A stretch of 35,595 nt of DNA from Bacteriovoracaceae bacterium (GCA_049599895.1 JBMYPC010000012.1:1-35595), one strand, 5' to 3'. Shown: positions 1 to 9,290, counted from the stretch's first letter. The notes: generated by a model from the sequence alone, not told the origin. Numbers and translations: made by a program.

Positions 1-510
1 AGTCATTCCCATTGGCCCAACAGTAGGAGTTCCATTATTTGTTGGTTTAAATTGTGCCCCTCGAGATCTTGAATTCTGAGCGGGATTAAGAAGCTTTCTA
101 TAATAGTTATCGTAGCTGGCACCAATTTGTTTTAAGGCCATCGCTGTCGAAAGTTCACTTGGACTTGTGATTGCTCTCATACAAGCATTGTTGGCTTCAG
201 GTGGCATTGATTGAGGAATAGGACAGCCAAAGTATTTATCAGGTTGAGTTTGCGGACTGTACTGAGAATAAACATTACCTTGGTTTGCTATTTGAAACGA
301 CTGTTGTCTTGCATTCATATACATGCCAGCCGCTTGCTGAATCAAGTTGTTGATTCCTGCAGCATACTGAGAGGTTTGATCCATTCCAGAATTAGTAATC
401 CGATTGGGATTTACGTTTTGAGAGAATGCTGGAACTGACCAAATCATAAGTGAATGACTAATGATTAAAGTCGTGAGCTTTCGAAGCAATAATTTAAGAC
501 TACTTGACAT
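1..510 (-). CDS. Secreted hypothetical protein, N-terminal 170 aa only (runs off the window start)
   Basis: Not in the ORF track. Manual translation from ATG at 510 is open to base 1: MSSSLKLLLRKLTTLIISHSLMIWSVPAFS-QNVNPNRITNSGMDQTSQYAAGINNLIQQ... It has a Sec-type signal peptide (A-F-S cleavage), a Q/N/P-rich mature part and an upstream sigma28-type promoter. Confidence 0.85.
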   Translation of the reverse strand, partial: MSSSLKLLLRKLTTLIISHSLMIWSVPAFSQNVNPNRITNSGMDQTSQYAAGINNLIQQAAGMYMNARQQSFQIANQGNVYSQYSPQTQPDKYFGCPIPQSMPPEANNACMRAITSPSELSTAMALKQIGASYDNYYRKLLNPAQNSRSRGAQFKPTNNGTPTVGPMGMT

Positions 511-547
511 GGTCTTGATCCTTTTTAAAAACACCGAACCTCTAATC

Positions 548-574
548 TTTTCGGCAGGTTTCGGAGGTTTTTTA
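548..574 (-). promoter_or_regulatory. sigma28 (FliA)-type promoter
   Basis: Minus strand reads TAAA-aaacctccgaaacct(15)-GCCGAAAA versus consensus TAAA-N15-GCCGATAA, 37 nt upstream of the ATG at 510. Confidence 0.75.
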
Positions 575-668
575 AAAAAACTGATTCCCTTACTATTGTA
601 TTCGGGAAATGGGTGGGTTTAGGCAAAAACGTGATTTTGGATGTTTAAAAGAGGTGAGGAAATAGGCA

Positions 669-681
669 TAACTTATTGAAA
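669..681. promoter_or_regulatory. IHF-like binding site
   Basis: Reverse complement TTTCAATAAGTTA has one mismatch to WATCARNNNNTTR. A near-identical box lies at 8422-8434. Confidence 0.35.
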
Positions 682-798
682 GTAGGATAGTTGGTTATTG
701 TGTTTTCAACTGGTTAGATATTTTGTTAACCTATTAGCACAATCTTAGAAGACTATGGAGAGCTTGCCAAAAATGCTTGGCAATAGAGAGGGAATTTC

Positions 799-2442
799 AT
801 GCTACGTTACTTAAGAAGGTTCAGCGCTTGGTTTTTCGACTATGCACTTTCCCTTGGAATATTCTATTTTTTCCTCAATTTGCCCTTATTCTCCCTTTAC
901 CAAAGTAAACTCGAACGGACTCTAAGCTCAGATATTTTAGCTTCATTCTCTCTTGGTAGGCCAACTGAAGAGCTCATCGCTCTTATTGTTTCCACTTATC
1001 TTTTTTGTTCGATCCTTCGCATTTACTCGACTTTCTTTTTTGGCCGAACAGTGGGACAAGTTTTTGCAGGAATTCGCTTTAAAGATGGTTTTTGGTGGAG
1101 AAGACTAGGAGGAAGTGTCCGCTGTCTGAGCTCAACTTTTTTAGGACCTATTCTCATCGATCATCTCCCAAATTTACTTGGACGGCGCTCAATCAGTGAG
1201 TTTCTTTCTCTAACGACTGAGAAAACCTTAAAGCTTCACAAAGAAAAAGGGGCCTTCTTACGGTCATTAACAGTTCTAGGGATTTCACTTCTTGTTTTTG
1301 GCTATTCTCAGTTTTCTACCATCTTAGGTCCCATTCACGCTTATCGCTATTTCGATACCAAGATCTATCCACCCGATCTGAATAAAAAAACAGACTTTTC
1401 AAATTTTAAAAACTATCGGTCTTTTGTTTATCAGCTCGATAATGTAAGTGATCTTGAGTCTCAAGACTTCGTGATGTTTCCTGGGATCGATATCAGAAGA
1501 GTGGGAAGGAGAGTGAAGCGGCTTCCTATGGTCTATTTTTACGATTTTAAAAGTCAAACTCTAGGAAGTCTTAAAGTTGAAACCCAGGTCTCTTTAAAGA
1601 ATATCTTTTCACCTGTTTTTTACGCTAATCCTACTCTCGAGAACAAACTTCCAACACTTTCTCATTTTGTGAAAGAAAGAAAGCTTTCGAGGAAGGAAGC
1701 GGATGTTGAGAAAGAAATCTCCTATGTGCTTGATGAAGTTTTTCAAATTAGTTTTGAAAACTTTATTCCAAAGCTTTTAAGCATTGGACCGGTTTTAAAA
1801 GGGCCAATGGAGACAAGGCGTAAAATTTTAGACCTGATTAATCCTTCACCATCTCTTCAGCTACAAAAAGTTCTTATTGGAGAGAAATTATTCTTTCGAC
1901 TCACTCAATTGAAATCCAATGATAGAGAAATTGAAAAAATCCAAGAAGTTTATCTTCCTCTTTTTTACATCAAGGGTAGAGCGCTTGTTTTTGATTGGGA
2001 AGGTGAAAAAAGCATCCAGCAAACGAGAGAAAAACTTGAAAGTTCTCTTATTTCAAGTTCGAAATGGTTTCCAGAGGACCTAAACCTTGAGAACCGGAAA
2101 AAAGAAATTGAAGCTCTTGATGAGTGGACCGTCTTTGATGTTGTTGATGGAATGTCGGTAAAAGATCTGATAGGGAATGAAAAGGTTCGAAGTAAACTTG
2201 AAGCAGAGCTTATCTCTCATTTCAATAGCGTTCTTGATGCATTTAAAGGTCGTGAGAGTGATTTTAAAGGAATTATTGCTGATCATTATGTTCAGACTAT
2301 CAAACGCTTTAAACATGTGACGAAAAAAAGTCTGCTTCATTTTGGTTCAAAAGACTTTCAAAATTCATTATTTTCAATTGAACAGAGAATTTTAGAACTA
2401 AAAAGAGTGGGTCTTAAAAACAAGGTGAGCAATAATGAGTGA
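799..2442 (+). CDS. Membrane protein with N-terminal RDD-like domain and a large soluble C-terminal region
   Basis: RRFSAWFFDY, GRTVGQVFAGIR and GRRSISEFLSLT resemble RDD-family motifs. Several TM segments precede ~370 aa of hydrophilic sequence. SD-like GAGGG upstream; overlaps the uppP start. Confidence 0.65.
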   Translation: MLRYLRRFSAWFFDYALSLGIFYFFLNLPLFSLYQSKLERTLSSDILASFSLGRPTEELIALIVSTYLFCSILRIYSTFFFGRTVGQVFAGIRFKDGFWWRRLGGSVRCLSSTFLGPILIDHLPNLLGRRSISEFLSLTTEKTLKLHKEKGAFLRSLTVLGISLLVFGYSQFSTILGPIHAYRYFDTKIYPPDLNKKTDFSNFKNYRSFVYQLDNVSDLESQDFVMFPGIDIRRVGRRVKRLPMVYFYDFKSQTLGSLKVETQVSLKNIFSPVFYANPTLENKLPTLSHFVKERKLSRKEADVEKEISYVLDEVFQISFENFIPKLLSIGPVLKGPMETRRKILDLINPSPSLQLQKVLIGEKLFFRLTQLKSNDREIEKIQEVYLPLFYIKGRALVFDWEGEKSIQQTREKLESSLISSSKWFPEDLNLENRKKEIEALDEWTVFDVVDGMSVKDLIGNEKVRSKLEAELISHFNSVLDAFKGRESDFKGIIADHYVQTIKRFKHVTKKSLLHFGSKDFQNSLFSIEQRILELKRVGLKNKVSNNE

Positions 2443-3238
2443 AATTATTGCAGTTTTTTATGGTCTTATCCAGGGGATGACGGAGTTCTTACCGGTTTCT
2501 TCATCAGGACATTTGGCGTTGTTTCCAAAGTTCATGAATTTTAAAGATCCTGGGGTTGCCTTTGATTTGGCCATGCATGTAGGAACCGCCTTTTCGATTA
2601 TGTTTTATTTTAAAAAAGACATTGTCGATCTCTTTCAAGGCCTTATCTCAAGATCAAAGGAGCCTGAGCTTTTGGCCTCAAAGGCTTTTGCCGTTAACCT
2701 TATTATTGCGACCATTTGTTCTGTATTAGTGGTCTTGTTGATCAAAGACTATGCCGAGTTTTACGGAAGAAGCTCAAAGTTTATTGCCTTTAATCTTATA
2801 TTTTTTGGTGTTCTTCTCTACATCTCTGATAGATTTTCAAAACAAGATGAGGCCTTCTCAAAAGAAATTGTCACTAAGAATAAACCGATATTTTCCATTT
2901 TGATGGGCTTCTTTCAGGCCATCGCCGTCTTTCCTGGAGTCAGTCGAAGTGGGATCACCATCACAATGGCAAGGTTTTCAGGAGTTAGCCGTGAGGCTGG
3001 GGCAAGGTATAGCTTTTTATTATCACTTCCCCTTATTTTTGGAGGCTTTATTTATAAGCTTCTCTCCGAAGGCGAGGACTTTCAGTTTGATACAAATTAT
3101 CTTTTTATAGGGCTTTTTTCATCGTTCTTTAGTGGCCTAATCGCCATTCATTTCTTTTTAAAAATCTTTAAAAAAATCGGAGTCTTTTGGTTTTCAATAT
3201 ACCGAATCGCTCTTGGTCTTTTAGTCTTAATGCTCTAG
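2435..3238 (+). CDS. uppP: Undecaprenyl-diphosphate phosphatase (BacA/UppP)
   Basis: Signature motifs GLIQGMTEFLPVSSSGHL and FPGVSRSGITI; polytopic membrane protein, 267 aa. Confidence 0.96.
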   Translation: MSEIIAVFYGLIQGMTEFLPVSSSGHLALFPKFMNFKDPGVAFDLAMHVGTAFSIMFYFKKDIVDLFQGLISRSKEPELLASKAFAVNLIIATICSVLVVLLIKDYAEFYGRSSKFIAFNLIFFGVLLYISDRFSKQDEAFSKEIVTKNKPIFSILMGFFQAIAVFPGVSRSGITITMARFSGVSREAGARYSFLLSLPLIFGGFIYKLLSEGEDFQFDTNYLFIGLFSSFFSGLIAIHFFLKIFKKIGVFWFSIYRIALGLLVLML

Positions 3239-6200
3239 TTGTCTTCGTTACAGCGTCTGACTTTATAATAGCGATCATCAGCTTCCATATCTGGTGGAGC
3301 ACAATAAACGTGATGATTCCATCTCATCCCAGCATCCCAATACTGAGCGACTGTGTCCTCATCAGGAGTTGCGTTGGAGTTACTATCAATAAAGCGAGGG
3401 TAGATTTTATTATTTCCCTCAAAGCCAGGAACTCTGAGAGGGACAACTGACATACCGGTAATCACGACACCTGAGGCGCAAGCATTGACTTCACAAGCAA
3501 GCTCCATGACTTTATCAACATCAGGATAAACTTCTCCATTGGGACCCACAGGTCTATTTTTATCAACGATAAAGCCTGTTTCATCATCAAAAAGGCTGTC
3601 GTCTAAACCTTGGGCTTCTGATGAAACAAAGCGGTTGAAATAAACCGAGAGGTTTGAATAATCATCAAGGGCGCAGCGAGGAGAATTTCCATTTTGTGCG
3701 ATAAACCCTGTACAGCAGGCACTGGCATCTGTTCCTTGGGGAACATCGCCAATAGGAAGACAACAAGTGACTTTTTCAGGATCAAAAATCTTCTTAAACT
3801 CTGGGTTATAATTATTCATATCTTCATTTGAATAATAAAGAAGGTCTCTCGCACCGGTTCCGTCATTATAAGATTCACCAAACTCAGCGTTCGATGAGAC
3901 ATTATTATAAACATTTGGCATAAAGTTCGGAGGAAGCCCAGCTCCAACATTAGTAGGACTTACACAAGCAAGTCCAGCATAGTTTCCTTTATCTGCTGCA
4001 GGAACTCGAATCTGTGGAATCCCAGCAAGCTCAAGGTTACCAAGGATATTAATGATAGGGTAATAGTCATCCTCAGCTAAGGCGCGAACCTCACATTCAG
4101 GATCATCGGGATCGGAAGGTCTACCATTAGCGTCAGGCGCACAAGTATAATCTGTGAAACTTCCATCAAGTTCATTGGCCCAATTATAACAAGTGAAGTT
4201 TTCTTTTTTCACTCTTTGAATCTTATTCGTGACATTACTCCAAGTGTGGCCACCACCAGCGTTTTCTGAAGCAAAGTTTCGTACCCAGTTTCCTGAACAA
4301 CAGGTTCTTTGAGCGTGAAGATGAAAAGTCTTCCATTGTTTTTGAAGATCACTTGGATCCGTACATCCTGCAAGTCCAGCACCTGTACAAACATCAGCAC
4401 TTGTTGATGAGAGAGTGACTCCAAAGAGCTCATTAAGAGGGTCTTCTACAACATCAGTAACCACAGCATTACGGGAGTAACGTGTTTCAGAATCAAGAGA
4501 TATCCCAACTCCTGGAACACTTCGATTATCAAACTCATCACTGGTTCCCATTAATGATGGTTTAAAAGTAGGGATCGTAATAGTTTTTGAAGTTTCACGA
4601 CAACATTTATTAAAACTTGGGTCGTAATCAGTGTCCTCAGGAGAGTCAGCTTGTGAACAAATAAGTTCTTCTGACCAGAACTGGGTTTCATAATTATTGA
4701 TGATTCCCGTGAGATTAAGAGGGGATCTTTTAACGAACTTTGCGATGTCATTATTAGGAGCACATTCAGTATCAGTAAAACAAGTGGCCCCCGGAGCCTT
4801 AAGACATCTATTTTTTCCAAAGAGAAGACTTTGGATAGGGTCATTGCCTCCAACTTGAACTGTTATGTCTTCTTGAAGAACAGCTTCATACTTTGCGAGA
4901 TGATTTGTTGAAAGTGATTGATTACTTGATATCCTGCTCAATCTTGAATCAGTAAGGGCCGTGGTAATATTGTTAGAATCAAAAAAGAAGTAGTTTTTAG
5001 TGTCTGGATCAATCACTGAGCAACTTGAAAAATAAGAAGGATTGGTTGATGAAACTTCAGTTGTGGTCATACCAAGGTTATTCATGGTGTCGCCCACTTG
5101 AGTGTTTGAGATTGTATTTGTAAGAGAGCTTAAAACTGTCGCCGAAGCAGGATTTCGACCTGGTATACAGAGGGCTTGGGCCTTATTACTACTAAGGTTA
5201 CTTAAAACGTTAGGAGTCGCTGAATCACCACCAAAATAAGAATAAGGTCTTCCTATAATCCTTGCACTCAAACCAAATGTATCAAGGTCACTTTCGCTGA
5301 CTACTGAACTTAAGTTTTGCGAGCGAGGAGATTTTGCAAAGCGGGCAATTTTATTATTAAATTTCTGTGAAGCACTTCCCGTGTAAAGCTCTTGGCAGTA
5401 ATGATTTCCACTACAAGAGAGAAGTCCTGTTCTCGTTTCACCGTGATAGGTTGAGTTTGCGGTCGCCGAATCTAAACCACCGTGGCAAAGAGCTCCTCTT
5501 CCTCTATAAACACATCTTTTTGTTCCCCCCTGAACTTGTTTAAAAAGGGAGCGAAGAGAAGCATTGAGAGTACGGTCTGGTATTTCATTGGCAAAAGAAT
5601 CAAATTCTGGCCAATCAGTTTTAAGACCACCGATTTCCTGACATGTATAGTCCCAGCCAAGGTTTGAAGCACAGTCAGAGTCGGTTTCACAAAGATGGTA
5701 CCTCTGACATTCAGCTCCATCACTTTCAAGATCATTATCCACTTGTGAACCAGAGAATGGACGAGTGCTTGCTTCTGAGACGACAACTTTATAAGTTGAT
5801 TCTATTGTGAGATCTCCAAAATAAGAGTTCACGGCAATAAAGAGTTTATTTGTTTCTGATGTAATCCTTCTTTGATTACCAATTGAAAACCACTTCACTC
5901 CATCAAAAGATCCTATGATTGAGCCGTAATCAAAACCATACCAATCTCTTTGATAACCATTGGCAAATTGAAAGTGTTGCGCGCCCATTCGATCAAGTCT
6001 TTGAGATTGACGGTTTGGATCTGATCGATGCGACCAGGCAATCATAGAAACTGGTAAGAAGCAGGCCCTTCCAAAAAGAAGGTCGTCTGATCGATAGGGT
6101 GTGGCCTTCTTTCTCTCTGTAAGACCGAGAACAGGTTCATAACCACCACCAAGATGAACGAAGTTTTGTGGAAAGATCTTTGCTATTGTGGCATAGTAAT

Positions 6201-8331
6201 CTGTTCCACAATTGAGGCAGCTTGAATAACTCCCACTCTCAACAAAGATATCGTAAACTTTTCCTTTGTCGACTCTGACTTCTTTTGCTGGTTTCGCTCC
6301 AAGAGGGTCTCCTCTTAAGCTACCGTAGACTTCATTAAAGCCGATATAAGAGTCTACATTATTTGGCCTTAAAGGATCATTGTTTGTGTAGAGAAACTCT
6401 GCTCCTTCTTGAGTTTTTGAATAATAATCAGGATCAGAGTCAGAAACTCCATTCTCATCAAAAAAGCGAACGGGAACAGTCTTACTACTTAAAAGGATGG
6501 TTTGCTGAAGTGGCGCTGGGTCACTTGTATCAGGATACAGACAAGTATAGTCGACGATCACGCTTTGACCATTTTGTTCTTCAAATTTAGGAGTTAATTT
6601 ACAATTAAGCTCTTTACAACCACACATGGAAGCGATTTCCTCTAACGCCACTTTCTTTTCTTGTAGGACATTGTCGTTATTGAGATCAACGAAATAATCA
6701 ATTTTTACTTTTTGAGCATCATAGACCTGAAGTGTCGATCCCACGAATGTAATGTTAGGTGGGTTGGTGGCATTAAGGTTCCAATGAGTTCCTTGAAACC
6801 TTGGTGCATCTTCAACGGTGACAGTAATTGATTTATTAAGATCAGCGTAAAGAGGAATTTTAAAAACATTACTGGCCGGGAAATGATCGTCAATACTTTG
6901 ATTGTTTTGTCCTTGAACATAGTACTTTGAACATTTCGCAACAAAATCATTCACAAACTCACAAGATCCATCGATTTGGTATTTGACTCTTACTGTTTGG
7001 TTTGGAGAGTTGGTAAGTGTTGGAGTAGGAAGTTCAACGATTCCTTTATCTGAAAGATTATCATTTCCAAGGAGGTTGTTATTAGGGCCAATTTTTACAT
7101 CTTGAGAGAAATAGACTCCGTCTTTAAACAGAGTTCTTCCTCCATAGCTCACTTCGTAAATTGAATGGTTTTGAATCTGAGCTGTTCCAGAATAGACGCT
7201 TGTAAAGTTTCGATCATCTGCACCTGTTTCATAAACTGTTGTATTATCAGATGAAGCATTAGGATATTCCACTGTACAATAGGCAAGTTCGTTATCTGTG
7301 GTGGTGGTACAATCATAGAGATCTTTTTTACGAACCATTCTATTATAATCAGCGTCTTCAGTTTGCTTTGTATCATCCACAACATCTGGTACATCTGTTC
7401 CCGGGTCCGATTGACAGACATGATAGAATTGCGGGAACTGTCTTCGAAGGGCCGGGTTGTCTTTTGTTAATGCGTAAGCATTGAGCCATTCAGCAGAGGT
7501 TTTATCAATCCCTGACTTTTCATCGAGATCGTAAACACAGATCTTATCAAGTGAGCAGCATTGAAAACCCAGAGTCGCACATTCTGAGTTCTGAGTACAT
7601 TGGCCACCGACAGTAGGGACACTTGAAAAAGTATTAAGAAGCCTCAGAGTGAGATGACTTGTGGAGAGGCTTGAGTTTCTGACTCCTGAGATATCATAAA
7701 CATCAACTTTACTATTTGAAATTTGCGATTGAATACAACTAGGGCAAACATCTTCAGTTCGATAGGCAACATCGTAACTAGGATTGTTAATCGCCAGTTG
7801 ATTAATGATTCCACTTTTTTGGCAGAAAACTTGGTTTAAAGGGTCATTGGTCGTAAAGACAAAGCTTCTCTCAACTGTATTTTGTTGAAAGTTAATCTCA
7901 TTTCTTGGAAGAAGTGCCAAAACAAGAAAGGCCTTTTCTGTATTACTTGGATATTCTAAAACTAAACATTGAACACTGCTTGGAAAGCTTTGAAGGTAGT
8001 TATTAACCTGTTGGCCTTTTAAATAAATCTGAGCATTACTCGTCTGGTCGATTTCAAACAGAGTACTTTTAGCTCCAGTAGAAGTGACAAATTGAATTTG
8101 CTCACCATCAACAATGGGTGACGATGGGGGTGTGGGTGATGGAGAAGATCCACCTGTTCCACCTCCTCCGTCGATGGAGTCGTCGTTACTATCAATTGAG
8201 TTTGATGTACTTGATGTTGAAGGGGCAAGACAAGAAACAGAGAAAAATAAAACACAGATTAAGAGAAAAACATTTTTTAGTTTTTCGAACTTGAAGCTGG
8301 TGTCTTTATTGTAGTTACTTAATAATTCCAT
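3235..8331 (-). CDS. Very large Cys-rich putative lipoprotein (~1700 aa), function unknown
   Basis: Lipoprotein-like signal KLKNVFLLICVLFFSVS-C, a Gly/Pro/Ser linker, ~55 Cys by manual count and three CxxD/NxD/EC motifs. The ORF-track ATG (8349) lies inside a sigma28-like -10 box, so the ATG at 8331 is preferred. Confidence 0.85.
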   Translation of the reverse strand: MELLSNYNKDTSFKFEKLKNVFLLICVLFFSVSCLAPSTSSTSNSIDSNDDSIDGGGGTGGSSPSPTPPSSPIVDGEQIQFVTSTGAKSTLFEIDQTSNAQIYLKGQQVNNYLQSFPSSVQCLVLEYPSNTEKAFLVLALLPRNEINFQQNTVERSFVFTTNDPLNQVFCQKSGIINQLAINNPSYDVAYRTEDVCPSCIQSQISNSKVDVYDISGVRNSSLSTSHLTLRLLNTFSSVPTVGGQCTQNSECATLGFQCCSLDKICVYDLDEKSGIDKTSAEWLNAYALTKDNPALRRQFPQFYHVCQSDPGTDVPDVVDDTKQTEDADYNRMVRKKDLYDCTTTTDNELAYCTVEYPNASSDNTTVYETGADDRNFTSVYSGTAQIQNHSIYEVSYGGRTLFKDGVYFSQDVKIGPNNNLLGNDNLSDKGIVELPTPTLTNSPNQTVRVKYQIDGSCEFVNDFVAKCSKYYVQGQNNQSIDDHFPASNVFKIPLYADLNKSITVTVEDAPRFQGTHWNLNATNPPNITFVGSTLQVYDAQKVKIDYFVDLNNDNVLQEKKVALEEIASMCGCKELNCKLTPKFEEQNGQSVIVDYTCLYPDTSDPAPLQQTILLSSKTVPVRFFDENGVSDSDPDYYSKTQEGAEFLYTNNDPLRPNNVDSYIGFNEVYGSLRGDPLGAKPAKEVRVDKGKVYDIFVESGSYSSCLNCGTDYYATIAKIFPQNFVHLGGGYEPVLGLTERKKATPYRSDDLLFGRACFLPVSMIAWSHRSDPNRQSQRLDRMGAQHFQFANGYQRDWYGFDYGSIIGSFDGVKWFSIGNQRRITSETNKLFIAVNSYFGDLTIESTYKVVVSEASTRPFSGSQVDNDLESDGAECQRYHLCETDSDCASNLGWDYTCQEIGGLKTDWPEFDSFANEIPDRTLNASLRSLFKQVQGGTKRCVYRGRGALCHGGLDSATANSTYHGETRTGLLSCSGNHYCQELYTGSASQKFNNKIARFAKSPRSQNLSSVVSESDLDTFGLSARIIGRPYSYFGGDSATPNVLSNLSSNKAQALCIPGRNPASATVLSSLTNTISNTQVGDTMNNLGMTTTEVSSTNPSYFSSCSVIDPDTKNYFFFDSNNITTALTDSRLSRISSNQSLSTNHLAKYEAVLQEDITVQVGGNDPIQSLLFGKNRCLKAPGATCFTDTECAPNNDIAKFVKRSPLNLTGIINNYETQFWSEELICSQADSPEDTDYDPSFNKCCRETSKTITIPTFKPSLMGTSDEFDNRSVPGVGISLDSETRYSRNAVVTDVVEDPLNELFGVTLSSTSADVCTGAGLAGCTDPSDLQKQWKTFHLHAQRTCCSGNWVRNFASENAGGGHTWSNVTNKIQRVKKENFTCYNWANELDGSFTDYTCAPDANGRPSDPDDPECEVRALAEDDYYPIINILGNLELAGIPQIRVPAADKGNYAGLACVSPTNVGAGLPPNFMPNVYNNVSSNAEFGESYNDGTGARDLLYYSNEDMNNYNPEFKKIFDPEKVTCCLPIGDVPQGTDASACCTGFIAQNGNSPRCALDDYSNLSVYFNRFVSSEAQGLDDSLFDDETGFIVDKNRPVGPNGEVYPDVDKVMELACEVNACASGVVITGMSVVPLRVPGFEGNNKIYPRFIDSNSNATPDEDTVAQYWDAGMRWNHHVYCAPPDMEADDRYYKVRRCNEDN

Positions 8332-8345
8332 TTTCTCTCTATTAC

Positions 8346-8372
8346 TCATCGGTTTTCAGACCTAAATCTTGA
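8346..8372 (-). promoter_or_regulatory. sigma28 (FliA)-type promoter
   Basis: Minus strand reads TCAA-gatttaggtctgaaa(15)-ACCGATGA, directly upstream of the giant lipoprotein gene. Confidence 0.6.
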
Positions 8373-8421
8373 AAGATCATAGACTTAGGTCATTATAAAA
8401 TGAGTGAGAGCAAAGATTTTC

Positions 8422-8434
8422 TAAGTTATTGAAT
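8422..8434. promoter_or_regulatory. IHF-like binding site
   Basis: Reverse complement ATTCAATAACTTA has one mismatch to WATCARNNNNTTR, ~50 nt upstream of the sigma28-like -35 box. Confidence 0.35.
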
Positions 8435-8505
8435 GTACGTTGAAAGTTAAAGAACTGTGTTTTAAGAGAGCCAACGAAAGTTGGTAGGATTATGGAGAAA
8501 TCAAT

Positions 8506-8592
8506 CGGTTACGGTCGGGACTGTCCGAACTGTAACCGTCTACCTGAAATCAGCCTTTTCCGTTACTGCTCGGACAGTCCCGACAGTTACGG
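8506..8592. repeat. Inverted pair of GC-rich palindromic units (REP/REPIN-like doublet)
   Basis: Perfect 15-bp inverted repeat GTCGGGACTGTCCGA (8514-8528) / TCGGACAGTCCCGAC (8570-8584), extending to 21 of 23 bp. Each unit (8506-8538, 8560-8592) also folds into its own hairpin. The left unit is preceded by GTAG on the minus strand (8543-8540). Confidence 0.7.
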
Positions 8593-8624
8593 TTTAGCCG
8601 ACTAAAAAACTGCGAGATGATCTC

Positions 8625-9290
8625 TTAGTTTTCTTCAATTTTACGAATGTAATAAATCTGAATCGTCTCATCTGCAACAACTTTAGGTGGAGCTGCAACA
8701 ATCGTCGCCTTAACATTTTTATCAGTTAAAGTGCTTCTGCCAATTCCATTATCATCTCGAAAAAACTCAACTTGAACTTTTTCAATTTTTTCTGTTCCGT
8801 CTTCATTGAGTTCACCTGTTTTGACTTCGATGAAGTGTTTGTAACCTCGATCATATTTTCCAGTGAGTTTACCTTCAACCTCTTTTTCTTCAAGAAGAAC
8901 AACAATGCTTTTGGCCATGTAATCAGTGAAGCTTCCATTATTTGGTTGATCTGAGTTTGGAACAATTGTTTCTCTTGTAAAGTTCTCGGTTGCTCTAATC
9001 GAGAGAGGATCTGGATCATCTGAGCGATCAATAAAGTTTTGGACAGGTCCATCAATTTGAATAATTGTTCCCGGAAGATTAGAAAGACTAATCGCCAAGT
9101 TTTCATTTTCAATCAAAAGGCGGTTATTCTTAATTTTCTTTTGAGTAATAATGGTTAGGGAATAATATTGCTTTCCATCTTTCTCGATCCGATTGAGATC
9201 ATTCGTGACTTTTGCTGCTGTTATTTTGGCAAAAGAGTTAGGGAGCCCGAGAAAAAGATAAATCATAGCTATAAGTTTTAGGCACTTCAT
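8625..9290 (-). CDS. Secreted hypothetical protein (apparent paralogue of 9301-9963)
   Basis: Signal peptide ending S-F-A; SD GGAG upstream; beta-rich pattern alignable by eye with the neighbouring gene. Confidence 0.8.
   Translation of the reverse strand: MKCLKLIAMIYLFLGLPNSFAKITAAKVTNDLNRIEKDGKQYYSLTIITQKKIKNNRLLIENENLAISLSNLPGTIIQIDGPVQNFIDRSDDPDPLSIRATENFTRETIVPNSDQPNNGSFTDYMAKSIVVLLEEKEVEGKLTGKYDRGYKHFIEVKTGELNEDGTEKIEKVQVEFFRDDNGIGRSTLTDKNVKATIVAAPPKVVADETIQIYYIRKIEEN

Noticed and set aside
211..438. 75-aa plus-strand ORF
   Set aside because: Antisense shadow of the signal-peptide-bearing minus-strand gene at 1-510.
522..578. Imperfect inverted repeat resembling a terminator or riboswitch
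   Set aside because: Lies between divergent gene starts and overlaps the sigma28 promoter, so only one arm would be transcribed; no c-di-GMP riboswitch core motifs recognised.
3187..8314. Numerous short ORFs inside or antisense to the giant lipoprotein gene
   Set aside because: Alternative-frame shadows with no motifs. The same applies to the short nested ORFs elsewhere in the track.
8332..8349. ATG at 8349 as start of the giant lipoprotein
   Set aside because: It falls within the predicted sigma28 -10 box (ACCGATGA) and would not be transcribed from that promoter; ATG 8331 preferred.
8506..8592. Mini-CRISPR or IS terminal inverted repeats
   Set aside because: Only two units, inverted rather than direct, 21 nt apart, with no cas or transposase gene nearby.
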